Below are positions 53,398 to 64,000 of a stretch of 64,000 nucleotides of DNA, piece by piece; the first letter of the stretch is position 1; the number at the start of each line of letters is the position of its first letter. The translations under genes were made by a program, and so were the position numbers. The notes below the pieces were generated by a model. It had not been told where the DNA came from and did no database searches. It saw only the letters and a program-made list of their open reading frames with translations. The stretch spans positions 67,394,001 through 67,458,000 of the forward strand of contig NC_043007.1 of the NCBI RefSeq assembly GCF_006345805.1. Direction: 5' to 3'. Origin of the DNA: Octopus sinensis. Taxonomy: Eukaryota.

Positions 53398-53458
53398 ATG
53401 TCTTCGGCTTCCTATTTTCTTTGTCAGTATTATTAGGACAGATTTTTTGTTGCTACAG
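53398..53458 (+). CDS. Tentative ATP6AP1 signal-peptide exon (VFGFLFSLSVLLGQIFCCY)
   Basis: Poly-T tract plus cag acceptor; hydrophobic stretch; phase 2 exit fits the exon at 59873 but requires a GC donor, or an earlier gtcagt donor. Confidence 0.35.
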
Positions 53459-56400
53459 GCAACAAGATTCTGTGGCATTCATGCCTATTCTCAAGGACAT
53501 TAGCTGTTGTTGTTCAACCCCAAGTCATTATTATTAAGACAGTAGGGTGTGACATGAAGGAGATTTGGTTGTTATTTCTAGCAAGTCGAACGATCATGTA
53601 GGCTTCCTCAATTATGGTTCGACACGATTGTAACGGATATTCGGCCAGTATCGTTATAAATGTACTATTACAACTTTAGCCATTCTTTCGATTGCAACAG
53701 TTATCGAAAGAAGGCCTAACTTTATTGACAAGGTTAGGATGGGTGTCCACCTATTTGAATTTTTTTTTCTACTAATGAATTATTCCAACCACTCCTTGTT
53801 TTAACCTCCAAAACGTTGCTAAATGAAACTTTCCGTGTAGGATTCGCATGTAAGTTAGATACTCATGTGACACAAGCAAACTGAATCTTCGGTGACACAT
53901 TTTGATTATTAAATCAACTATCGATGTAAATCAACAACTCTCCGTCTATTTAAAGTAAAGGAACCATTTATGTATATCCTACTTACGAGGCATCTCGTGA
54001 CACATGACATGGTTGTTACGGAAGTTATTTTTTCAGTTGTTTATTTAGGTGACGAGCTAGCAGAATAATTAAATCGTCGGACGAGATGTCTAATGGTATT
54101 TCTTCCGGCTGTTTACGTTCTGAGTTCAAATGCTGTCGAGGTCGATGTTGTCTTTCATTCTTTCAGTCGATAAAGTAAACTACCAGTCAAGTACTGAGGT
54201 CCATGTCATCGATTTGTTCCCTCCTCTCAAAATTTGCTGGTTTTGTGCCAGATTTAGAAAGATTTTCAAGTGGAGAGCTGGCGTCAGGAAAAAAAAAATC
54301 CTTGCTGTATTTCTTCTGGCTGTTTATGTTCTGAGTTCAAATCCTGTCACGATCAACTTTGCCTTTAATCTTTTTGGGGTAGATTACAGTAAAGTGTTGG
54401 TCAGGTATTGGCGTTAAATGCATCAACATTTTGTTTGAAATTTTGCACGTAAATTGCAAGAACGTTATCAGGCGCTTTACTAGTTCCGTAACAGGATTAG
54501 TGAATATTCCACTACTGATTGCTTTGCCATTCTCTTTTAACCAGACCAGGAAAGCAGTTTTCCTCTCTCTGGTGGCTATAGAGAACAGGATCATGTGGTT
54601 AATGAGGTAGGAAGATTCAAAAACATTCAAAAAGCATTCTCACCTATGTATAAATAAAACAGTCCTTCCAGACTGTTTTGTATGTGTCGTGATGCTTTTT
54701 TTTATGTGCTTGCTCCCCTAATGTTAGAACCTAGCTACACCCCTGCTCTCAAGGTCTTCGTTCATGGAACCATTGCAGGTTTAGCATGCAGTGAATAATG
54801 CATATTTGGGGAAAGTTTGAGAGGAATGAAGGGCCATGTCACCTGCACATGAGTTGGCATGGTTAGATGTGGCAGCTAGTCGCTCATTGATGTATAAAAT
54901 GAAGACATTTGGGTGCCTGTCTGAATCTGGAGAAACACCAGAGTTGGTTGAGAATGGGGCAGAAAGAGCTCTGTCAACACATGCTGTAATGGTGTAATCA
55001 GATAAGAATACTCAACTACATACATGTTATTCAATGAGCTTCGTAGTTCAACTGATTGAACAATTGAAAACTCATGGTCTGAAGTTTTTACCAAGTTCCA
55101 TTGTATTGGTGCAAATTAGTAATATATCAAGTTTGCATTTTACAGATATTTAGTAAGGATTATGTATAATGCTGGACTTTTTTTTCTTTCCTGCTTTCAT
55201 AAATTTCCAAGACTCTCTGTCACCATCCAATTCCATTATTATGAATCTGAATTGGGAGCTTGAGTCATAGTGAATCTTTCATTAGCTGATTACACAATCA
55301 TGGATGTGTTGCAGTTACTCTCTTGATAGAGCTTGGTGATCCTGACCATTGATCTTCTAGGATTCCTCTGCTCAGCATCAATGTAAGATGCACTGTTGGC
55401 TCAGTTGAATTCTTTCACAACTTCTTCACAATCCACCATGCAGCAGTTCCATGTCTTTGCCGTATCCCTGGCAGGTTGGCTGAACGGGTGCTATGGCAGT
55501 CTAACTATGCAGGGCATGATCATCACTCTATGAACTGTATTTTCAAAATACCCACATACCCAACTTATTACCAAATAGTAATATAGATTGTAATGGTATT
55601 TATGGAGTAGTCATTGTTCTTCTTATCATAACTGAGGCTGATTCACAAACTGTATTTAAGAGGCTTCATAAATTGGGGCTGATTTTCCACTACAGTAGAT
55701 TCCATCAACTCATATATCATGCAGTATTATATGTAGTATATATTTGCTGCTCTTTTAGTCATCTTGGTAACAACACCTATCAACTACTTCCACAGAGCCT
55801 CCTGGGCATTTGAAAGACCCTTTTCCACTTGTACTCTTGCTGCCATCTGCTACACACAAATTCTGCTTTTTCTGTTAGCCTACCTTTAAGTGAACCTCTT
55901 GGGTGTAGATAGTTTTTTGGGGTTTTTTTTTTACAGAGTACACTATATGGAATTTCTATGTACTTACTCCTTTTCTGCATAAAGAGTACAGTCATTTCCC
56001 TTAAGGTTGTGGAGTCTGGTTGTCTTTCTAATTAGAACGTTAGTCTTTGCTGCTAAGTCTACTTTGAGGCATCTTGATTCTAGATTTTTCTTTCATATTT
56101 GAAATTTTTTCTCTAAATGTTTTACAGATTCAACTGTAAGAAATTAGGTCATCAGCACTTATTGTCATTGACAGCCTATCTTATATATCTTGGGCAAAAT
56201 TCGAGTGCCACGACGGTGGTCGCCACGAAAGCGACGCGCGCCAAGGCGGGGTGAACCTTTCCACCAACTCCAGAAAAATGAGTTTTCTAGAGTCTTCTTT
56301 GTTTTATAGAGAGCCTTCAAAAGTCAGTTCAACTTGTTCTACTTTGAATAACTAATGGAATATTTAACATATGTTTCAGTATCATTTGTTGTACAAATAT

Positions 56401-58858
56401 ACATTTTCTAAAGTTGATTGTTTGAAGATTGCAGCAAATATGTAGAATAGCTGCAGGTTTTATACATTTCATTGATGAGTGCTTTTGTTCTGAAAATGGT
56501 CATTAGTCCATTTAGGTTTCACACAATTGCTCATTCATTTACTTTAATTTATTGATTGATAAGGTTAAGTAAATTGTAGCAACAGTACATATATCTGCTA
56601 GTAGCTATTGGAATCATTTTAGACAAGAATAAGAGAATTTCTAAATTATTTTGCTATACATCGGAGTTAATACCATTCAGCTGCTAATATATCTAATTTC
56701 TTTATAAAATCCTAGGGATAATGATGAGAATTAGAATATAATAACAGTAAAATAATGTTTAAGTTATGGAATTAATTTATATGTATGAGTCATCTGATTG
56801 GTTAATTTAGTTTTGTTTGAACACAAGATTGATATTACTGTTATAAAATGCTTGGGATTGGAAACTGTTTTGTTTGTATCCTATTTCAGTGAAGGTGCAT
56901 GGCTCAGTGTTTAGTGAGTCAGGCTCACAATCATGAGGTAGTGAGTTTGATTCCTGGACCCAGCTGTGTGTTGTGTTCTTGAACAAGACACTTTATTTCA
57001 TGTTGCTCCAGTTCACTCAGCTGTAGAAATGAGTTGCAACATCACTGGTGCCCAGCTGTATTGGCCTTTGCTTTTCCCTTGGATAACTCGGTGGCATGGA
57101 GAGGGGGAGGTATGCATAGGTGATTGCTGGTCTTCCATAAACAACTTTGCCTGGATTTGTGCCTCGGAGGGTAACTTTCTAGGTGCAATCTCACAGTCAT
57201 TCATGACTGGAGGGGGTCTTTACCCATTTCCCTTTTTCAGTGAATATTCTTATCTGTACTTCCAAACTATGGTTCCACCTGGCTATGGTTATAATTAGGG
57301 AATACAGATAGATAGCCCATTTGGATATTAAATGGGAAATCACCCACCTTTACATAATGCAGTAGAGTCCTGTATCTCTCCTTCAGTAAGACACTTGTTT
57401 CTGTCTGTCTATCATATTTTAGCTTCTCAACAGCTGGTATAAAGCTGCCTCCCTCTCTACTACAGCCTCAGAGGGTGCTTTTTTGTTGTGTGAATTTACT
57501 AGTATTGGCTGCAAGAAAAAAAAGCATCCAGTACATTCTGTAAAGTGATTGGCATTAGAAAAGGCATCGACTGTAGAAACCATACCAAAGCAGACTAAAG
57601 CTTTACACAATTCTCTAGCTTATCAGTTCCTTTTGAATAACCCAATGCATGGAAGATGGACATTAAATGAGGATAGTGAAAATTTATTTGGTTAACAATG
57701 CACATGATTCTATTTTAAGTGAAAGTGCCTGTATTTATTTACACAATATGATTTACTATTTGGTGGTGCATTCCTATGCAGTAAGATACATTATCACCAT
57801 GGTGTTTGCTTTTTCTATGCTGGCATGAGTTGAACACGATTTCTTGTAGTAGCTCATGGTCAAGTGCCCTTCCTGGTGCCAACACTTGATTTTCAAGCAA
57901 AATATCCCACTGGTCTTCGTGTGTCAAACTTCGTAACTATGGAGCATAAACATCACTGTTGCCCAAGTGGTGTCAATGCAAAGACACATATGTGTGTGTG
58001 TATAATATATATATATATATATGCATATAGATGTGTGCACACACACACATATATATACATGCACACGCAGTGGGTTTCTGTACAATTTCTGTTTACTAAA
58101 TTTCATTCATGAAGTATTAGTTGATTTGAGGCTATAAAAAAAAACTAACTCTGCAGTGGGATTGAACCTGAAAACCACTTAAGCTGCAAAGCTAACTGCA
58201 AAACTACACATCCACCTTTATTGGCATATTACTGAAATGATTAGCAATAAAAAAAATATAATAAAATAAAACCTTTCATTCATTGTTAACAGCATTGGTC
58301 TTAAAACATCTGTATCAGTGAAACAACTTACAAGAAATTAACTTCCTGAAAAATACCTTCCCAAGAAACAAATAGCTGTAACTTTAACCTTGTGCAAATA
58401 TAAGGTAGACAAAATCAAAATCCACTGTTACTTTGCCTTACTATAAAGATCTGGTTGACACAGTATCTTGTCACTTTAGAATGGTTTCCAATATTATACC
58501 CTGCACATTTCTCCCTCAGCTTATTCGTGGGCCTTGTGACTCCTATTCATGGTTCCTTTTTTTTTTCTTTATTTTTTTATTTTTAGAATGTATTTAAGAA
58601 TTGGAGGTTCTTCCTGTCAACAAACCTTTTAGTTGCCTTTTTACAGCCTTCAACTATACTAAGCAACTATTGTAAAACTGGGCTGCACAAAAGCAACTAT
58701 GCATATTTTTCAACTAAAGACATGGACAAATAATTACTATTATGGCTGCCTATCAACTTATAGAAAAATTAGGATGACCTATAAAAATTTCAAAATAGGA
58801 CACAAGAAAAATCTTTAAAAGTAGCGGAATGTAATGGTGCAGTCATTTTTATTTTATA

Positions 58859-59213
58859 CTAGCAGTATCGCCGGGCGTTGCTCAGGTTTGTTTCGACCCT
58901 TTAGAATTGGAATTTTTGAAAAGTAAAACTTTTGCATTATGTAGCTTGTTATTCTCTTTAAGTGAAATACACCGAAATATGGCGACACAGCAGTCAAAAA
59001 ATAGGAATTTTCATAGAAAAAAAAAGCACCTTTTTGATGTAAATAATTTTTGGTGTTAACATGGTCCAATTTGAATTTTGTCTTCTACGGAAGGAAGAGT
59101 AAGCCTTCTATCATACTCTCAATTTTGGTCAACTTGCGCCGCAGGGTCTCGAAGGAGATAGTGTTAGTTGAAGGCTGCCATACACAGACAACTTCAGCTT
59201 TATATATATAGAG
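58859..59213 (-). mobile_element. Short non-autonomous Helitron
   Basis: Same 3' hairpin plus CTAG end as the 24195 element; TCTATATATATAAAG-type 5' end. Confidence 0.7.
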
Positions 59214-59872
59214 ATAGAGATAAAATTGTGGATAATCAAAAAACTAATTTTTTATCTTGCTCAGTGTTTTTAGCAGCTTTTATGCAGTCTACCTTCTAGC
59301 TGTAGAACCCCTTAGAAGACAAATTATGTTTGTTGTTTTTAACCTTTTAGCATTTAAACCAGCTATACTCGACTCAAATATTCTACCAGTCTTATATTCA
59401 AACCAGTCAGAGCTGGTCTCTTACGCATAACCTACAATGTCATTCTAAAATTAAACAATCTCATCATCAAAATCTTGAAGCTACAAAGTAATGCCTGAAT
59501 GATTAAAAACATCATGAATAAATTAAGCAATACATTTGACAATGTAATCTGAATGCTAGAGAGTTAAAACAGTGTTTCTTAAGGTGGGGCATGGCAGTAT
59601 ACTGGTGAAAGTGCAGCTCACTTAAGAATGAAACAGAAGCAAGTAATAAGTCATTAAAACTTTAATTAAAATTTCTTTTAAACACACGCATATGCATGCA
59701 CAAACACACACACTCACTGAATATTGGCTTGGTGCATAATTTTTTGTATTTCTTTTTTCTTGAAAATCAAAGTGAAACATGGGACCAAAAAAGGGGATTG
59801 AGAAACACTGGCTTAAACCAAAGCATTCTTTGTCTATCTAGTAAACTGAGAGATATTCGTTTTCTCTTCTAG

Positions 59873-59996
59873 TTCGATGAGTGACCTGCCCACAGTATTT
59901 ATGGGTAATAAAGTCAGTGCTGATACCTTCCATAACAATTACCTGTTGCCACTATCAAAAGAGTCCAGATCCATTGTGATTTTTCTTCAAGACAAG
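59873..59996 (+). CDS. ATP6AP1: V-ATPase accessory subunit S1 (Ac45) exon (SMSDLPTVFMGNK...SRSIVIFLQDK)
   Basis: ttctag acceptor and gtaagt donor; ends IFLQDK like vertebrate LLFLQDK; phase 2-0. Confidence 0.78.
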
Positions 59997-60548
59997 GTAA
60001 GTGTTCATAGTTTCATTGTGTGCAAGTTTTTCTGTTTCATTTTTGATACTGAAATATCATTTTCTGCTTCATCGAAACAAAATTTGGAAAAGGAACTAAT
60101 TTAACCATAATTAACATATCTTCTTTCAACAACCTCATATAATCAGAAACTTGACTGTAAACAAAGATCTTTTTGAATCACTCTATTATATATGATCATC
60201 TAAGAATCCCTAAGTCAGAAAAAAATATGCACTCATATATTTGTCATTAGAGTGGATACATTAATCAAAGTATTTTAGATCCATTTCAGCAGATCTTATC
60301 AATGGGTTTTACACTGGGTATTAAATAATCATATATTATATAACAGCATGGTTAAGTAATACCACATGCTCTTCAGAGATGGCAAGTATCCTGTGTAAAA
60401 CCGGTTAGTAAGACTGGCTGAAAGGAATCTATAATACTGTATATGAATGAATAAGTGAGATGTTTCTCTTTGTATGACTATTCTAAGATCCTCAGTAACA
60501 GAATTAGTTGAATAATTACATTAATTATTGTATTTTCTGTCATATCAG

Positions 60549-60626
60549 CTTGGACTTAACCACCTGTCTCATTATGCTGACATATATAACGATAACGGGG
60601 AAGGTGGAGTATTTAAAAATGTCAAG
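60549..60626 (+). CDS. ATP6AP1: ATP6AP1 exon (LGLNHLSHYADIYNDNGEGGVFKNVK)
   Basis: atcag acceptor and gtaagc donor; parallels the vertebrate LSIEDFTAYGGVF...AFSNLE exon. Confidence 0.75.
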
Positions 60627-62793
60627 GTAAGCAATGCAGTTTTTCTATTTATGTTCATATTATAAAGAATTCCTTATGTTGCTTTTGATTTTAAGATTTT
60701 GAATCATTGATGTATTTTGGGTTGGTAGAATTATTAGAAAGCAAAGAATTAAATGCCTTGTAGTTTATAGTCAGGGCACTTCAGATTCTGAGATCAGATT
60801 TTAATCCATGTTTTTCAAGAATCAATAAAATAAAGCACCAGTCAAGTACTGGGATTAATTTAATCAACTGTACCCTCACTGAAAGTGTATGTGGCCTAAT
60901 GTTAATGTTAAAAATTAAAAGAACAGTAAATTGTTGTATCAGTAGAGCACCTGACTAAATGCCTTGGGGTATTTAGCCATATTTATCAGCATTACAAATG
61001 TTACTGGAGTCTGTTGTGCCTTTCATACTTTCAGGGCCAATAATACCCATACCTGTAATATACTAAAACTCAACTATATTTTTGCCTTTCGAAGTATAGC
61101 TTTGTAAAAAAATTATCTATCATAATAAAAGCGAAATCTGTCTGTCCATCTGGGATCCCTGTATTTCATAGACATATTATGCCTTTTTGGAATCAGAATG
61201 ATCCTGGGATTGGAAATCTGCCCTTCATTTAGTTCTTGAACATCCAGTATTGGGATCTGATTTAAAAGCATTAGGGTTGCTACTTCTAGCAAGTAAAGCT
61301 TGGTTGATTCATTCCATCTTGGCTGGCGCTTGTCAGATGACATCAGAGATCAAGAGGGAGATAAATTGTTAATTTTATGTCGAGATAAGAATTTTGGAAC
61401 AAATAGATCAACAGTTGGAATTCAACTTGGGACTGGAACAATAGAATGATTACATTACAGAATTAATTCTCATCCATCCTTAACCTGTGATCAAATACCA
61501 CCGGGGCATGTAATCATTATAGATGTATTATAGTCGTGCTATTTAGCCCTCTGCTGGAGCTAACTTAAAAGTCCACACAGAGTGTGGCTTTTAGGTTAGT
61601 TAAGAAATAAATATTGAAAAAAAATAAAAGGTTCTTATATTTTGATTAGACGGTTAAGCAAAACATTAATTAGTATAGTGTAATTGGAAAATTGGTAATG
61701 GTATTGAAGAATTAGTATTGGTTTAACTTTGTTATTGAATAGTTTATGTAACTGGATTTATCCCACCCTAAAGATTACCTTTTGACTGTATTTAGACAAA
61801 TATCTGAGGTATAATTTTGAATTTTTCTAAATGCACTTTGATGGTTTTAGCAGTAATTTTTTTGTGGCCTACAATGTTGCTTGTTTCAGTAGGATTAGAA
61901 ACTAATGAATAATCATTGGAAGAACTAATTGAAGAACTGAAATGGGTGAAATAAATAGAACTAGTTTGTGAGACATATCAGTAACTGAATCATGTCTGTT
62001 ACTCCCATTGTGTTGTTGGTCATCCCCTAAATGTTAATCCCACAACCTCCTAAAAAACCATAAGAAGGGTATGGTTTGCTAGTGTGTACCATGTTTTTGC
62101 TAATTATATTAAGTGCCTATGCAATGATGAATAGACAGATACCCTCGTGGTTCTCCCTCTGTTGACCCAGTGGAACAACCAGGATGTAACAGTCAGAGGG
62201 AGAGAAGATGGCATCAGTACTTGGCGAGTGCTCATTGCAGTGGAGTAGACTAGTCTAATGTGAAATAAACTGCTCAAGGGCACAGTGTGCTACCCAGTCC
62301 AAGAATTTAACCTGTGATTTTATGATGATGGGTCCTTCCTACAACTCAGTTGTGAAATGGAAGTTCTTCCCTAACTCTTTAGATACCAAAGTACTTGAGA
62401 CTACCCCCGTTTGCATGATATTGACTTCCTGTTTTAAAGTGAACTGAATTAAAACCTTCCATCAAAATTTCCTGTTAATTTATGTTCCAAACACCAACTT
62501 AATAATGATTTCAAATTTTGGCACAAGACCAGTAATTTCAGGGGAGGGTATAAGTTGATTACATCAACCCCAGTGCTCAAAAGGGTGAAAAGCAAAATTG
62601 ACCATGACAGAATTGGAACTCAGAACAAAAGCTAAGCATTTTGCCCAGTGTGCTAACAATTCTGCCAGTTCACCACCTTACACCTACTAAATCATGACAA
62701 AAGTTTTTAAACTAAAATAAAGACTGTATTTCAACAGAAATATAACAAAATAACAAAACTCAGGAAAGTTACATGATACAAATACATAACAGG

Positions 62794-63158
62794 CTTTGTA
62801 TAAATCAGTGTCTCAAACAGCAATTAATTAAAACATACCATATCAGATTTATCTTAATTTAAACTGAATCCTTGATTGATTTTTGATTTATTAAACTCAT
62901 TTACAATACTATTTAAATAAATATCCCATTCACCTTTTTCTTTATTGTTTTTATATTCATTTGCTACTCTACACTATTTGTATAAATCAGTGTCTCAAAC
63001 AGCAATTATTTAAAACATACCTTACAAATTTATCTTAATTTCAACCAAATCCTTGATTGATTTTTGATTTATTAAACTCATTTACAATACTATTTAAATA
63101 AATATCCTATTCACCTTTTTCTTTATTGTTTTTATATTCAATTGCTACTCTATACTAT
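62794..63158. repeat. ~182-bp tandem duplication x2
   Basis: tttgtataaatcagtgtctcaaacagcaatt recurs at about 62795 and 62977. Confidence 0.85.
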
Positions 63159-63460
63159 TTACTACTTCTGTTTGTTGCCCTACACTGCTTAGTTTTCCCA
63201 TACCTGGTCACTTTCGACTATCCTTTGGTTCCGACAAAAATCATTTGCTTTTAGAGTATTCATATTTAGGCTAAGACCTCTCCACATAATTTTATGTTTG
63301 ATCCATTTTGTCATGTTCCAAGTACCAACTTAATGTTGAATTATTTTGTTAAATTGGTTCTAATTTTTATTATTTTTCAAAATTAAATGAAGTACAAAGT
63401 ATATTTTGTTTGAAATGTCATTGCAAAAGGTTTATATTCAATTCATATGATACTTTCTAG

Positions 63461-63683
63461 AAATTCATGGAAAAGAGCTTCTCAACCAACTTGGCATCAG
63501 TCAGTAATCCAATGGCTGCAGTAGAAGGCTTGAAGAAAAAATTCCTTGACAACTTTATAGAAGTTCACAATCCACTAAAGATTGCTTCAATGAAGCTAAA
63601 CACAGACAAATCTCATTTGTTTCTTGTGCACCTTCCTGATTTAATTGGATCTTCTAATGAAGCAGTAACTCTGAGAAACAATG
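63461..63683 (+). CDS. ATP6AP1: ATP6AP1 exon (KFMEKSFSTNLASV...HLFLVHLP...TLRNN); gene continues beyond the window
   Basis: ttctag acceptor and gtatgt donor; 223 nt, phase 0-1; parallels vertebrate LKLNASLPALLLIRLP...LTGND. Confidence 0.75.
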
Positions 63684-64000
63684 GTATGTTACTTTTACAA
63701 AGCGGGGGGAAAAATTTTATCAAGAACTGTGAAATGATATTGGTTTCTATGTTTTGTTTTGATTTGATGTATCATTTACAGAAAACAAAAAAACATTTTT
63801 AGTTGTTAATTCATATTTTTCTATCTAATCATTCCTCTGTAATTAGATGTTTGTAGATAAATGTTAAGTGGGAAATATGTACTCTTATAAAATTCTTTAC
63901 TTTTTGCACACTTAAATTAGATATAAGCTCAATTATTTCTACATGAAATCTAAATCCATTTCAGATTTTTTTTCCTAGTGGATATTTAATTCAGTTGAGC

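Noticed and set aside
55290-55520. GC-richer segment that looks coding
   Set aside because: Stops interrupt the frames examined and no family is recognisable; probably an old transposon remnant.
61116-61350. Helitron-like 5' end on the + strand
   Set aside because: No matching 3' hairpin-CTAG terminus found, so it is not listed as a feature.
62794-63158. 182-bp tandem duplication as another snoRNA pair
   Set aside because: No box C/D or H/ACA pattern on the host (+) strand.

Overview
AT-rich eukaryotic (animal) genomic DNA, dense in SINEs and microsatellites; the repeat landscape suggests an octopus or other coleoid cephalopod (inference). Three protein-coding genes are supported. (1) TFIIA large subunit (GTF2A1, + strand): 8 phase-consistent coding exons at 8345-30097; the ATG exon was not found and probably lies upstream of the window. 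(2) RPS23/uS12 (- strand): complete, 4 exons, 143 aa, 51859-36270, with a TOP/TCT start and AATAAA. (3) Divergently from RPS23, the 5' part of the V-ATPase accessory subunit Ac45 gene (ATP6AP1, + strand), running off the window. The main discovery is the 12.7-kb last intron of RPS23, which holds an array of about 16-17 sense-strand box C/D snoRNA copies in three families. Family 1 is SNORD43/snR70-like: three copies carry a guide for the 18S decoding-site cytidine, three have a rewired guide, and the rest are decayed. Family 2 (four copies) has a guide whose spacing fits 5.8S position 14. Family 3 (four copies) has no target I can assign. The array grew by local tandem and module duplication mixed with piggyBac and SINE insertions. 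Candidate hidden mini-exons and an alternative terminal exon suggest RPS23 may double as a multi-intron snoRNA host transcript. TFIIA introns contain an internally deleted Gypsy element with a young perfect 52-bp hairpin, a complete-ended Helitron, a MITE with an 8-bp TSD, a LINE fragment and chains of SINEs. All calls are by eye; rRNA and snoRNA comparisons rely on recalled reference sequences.
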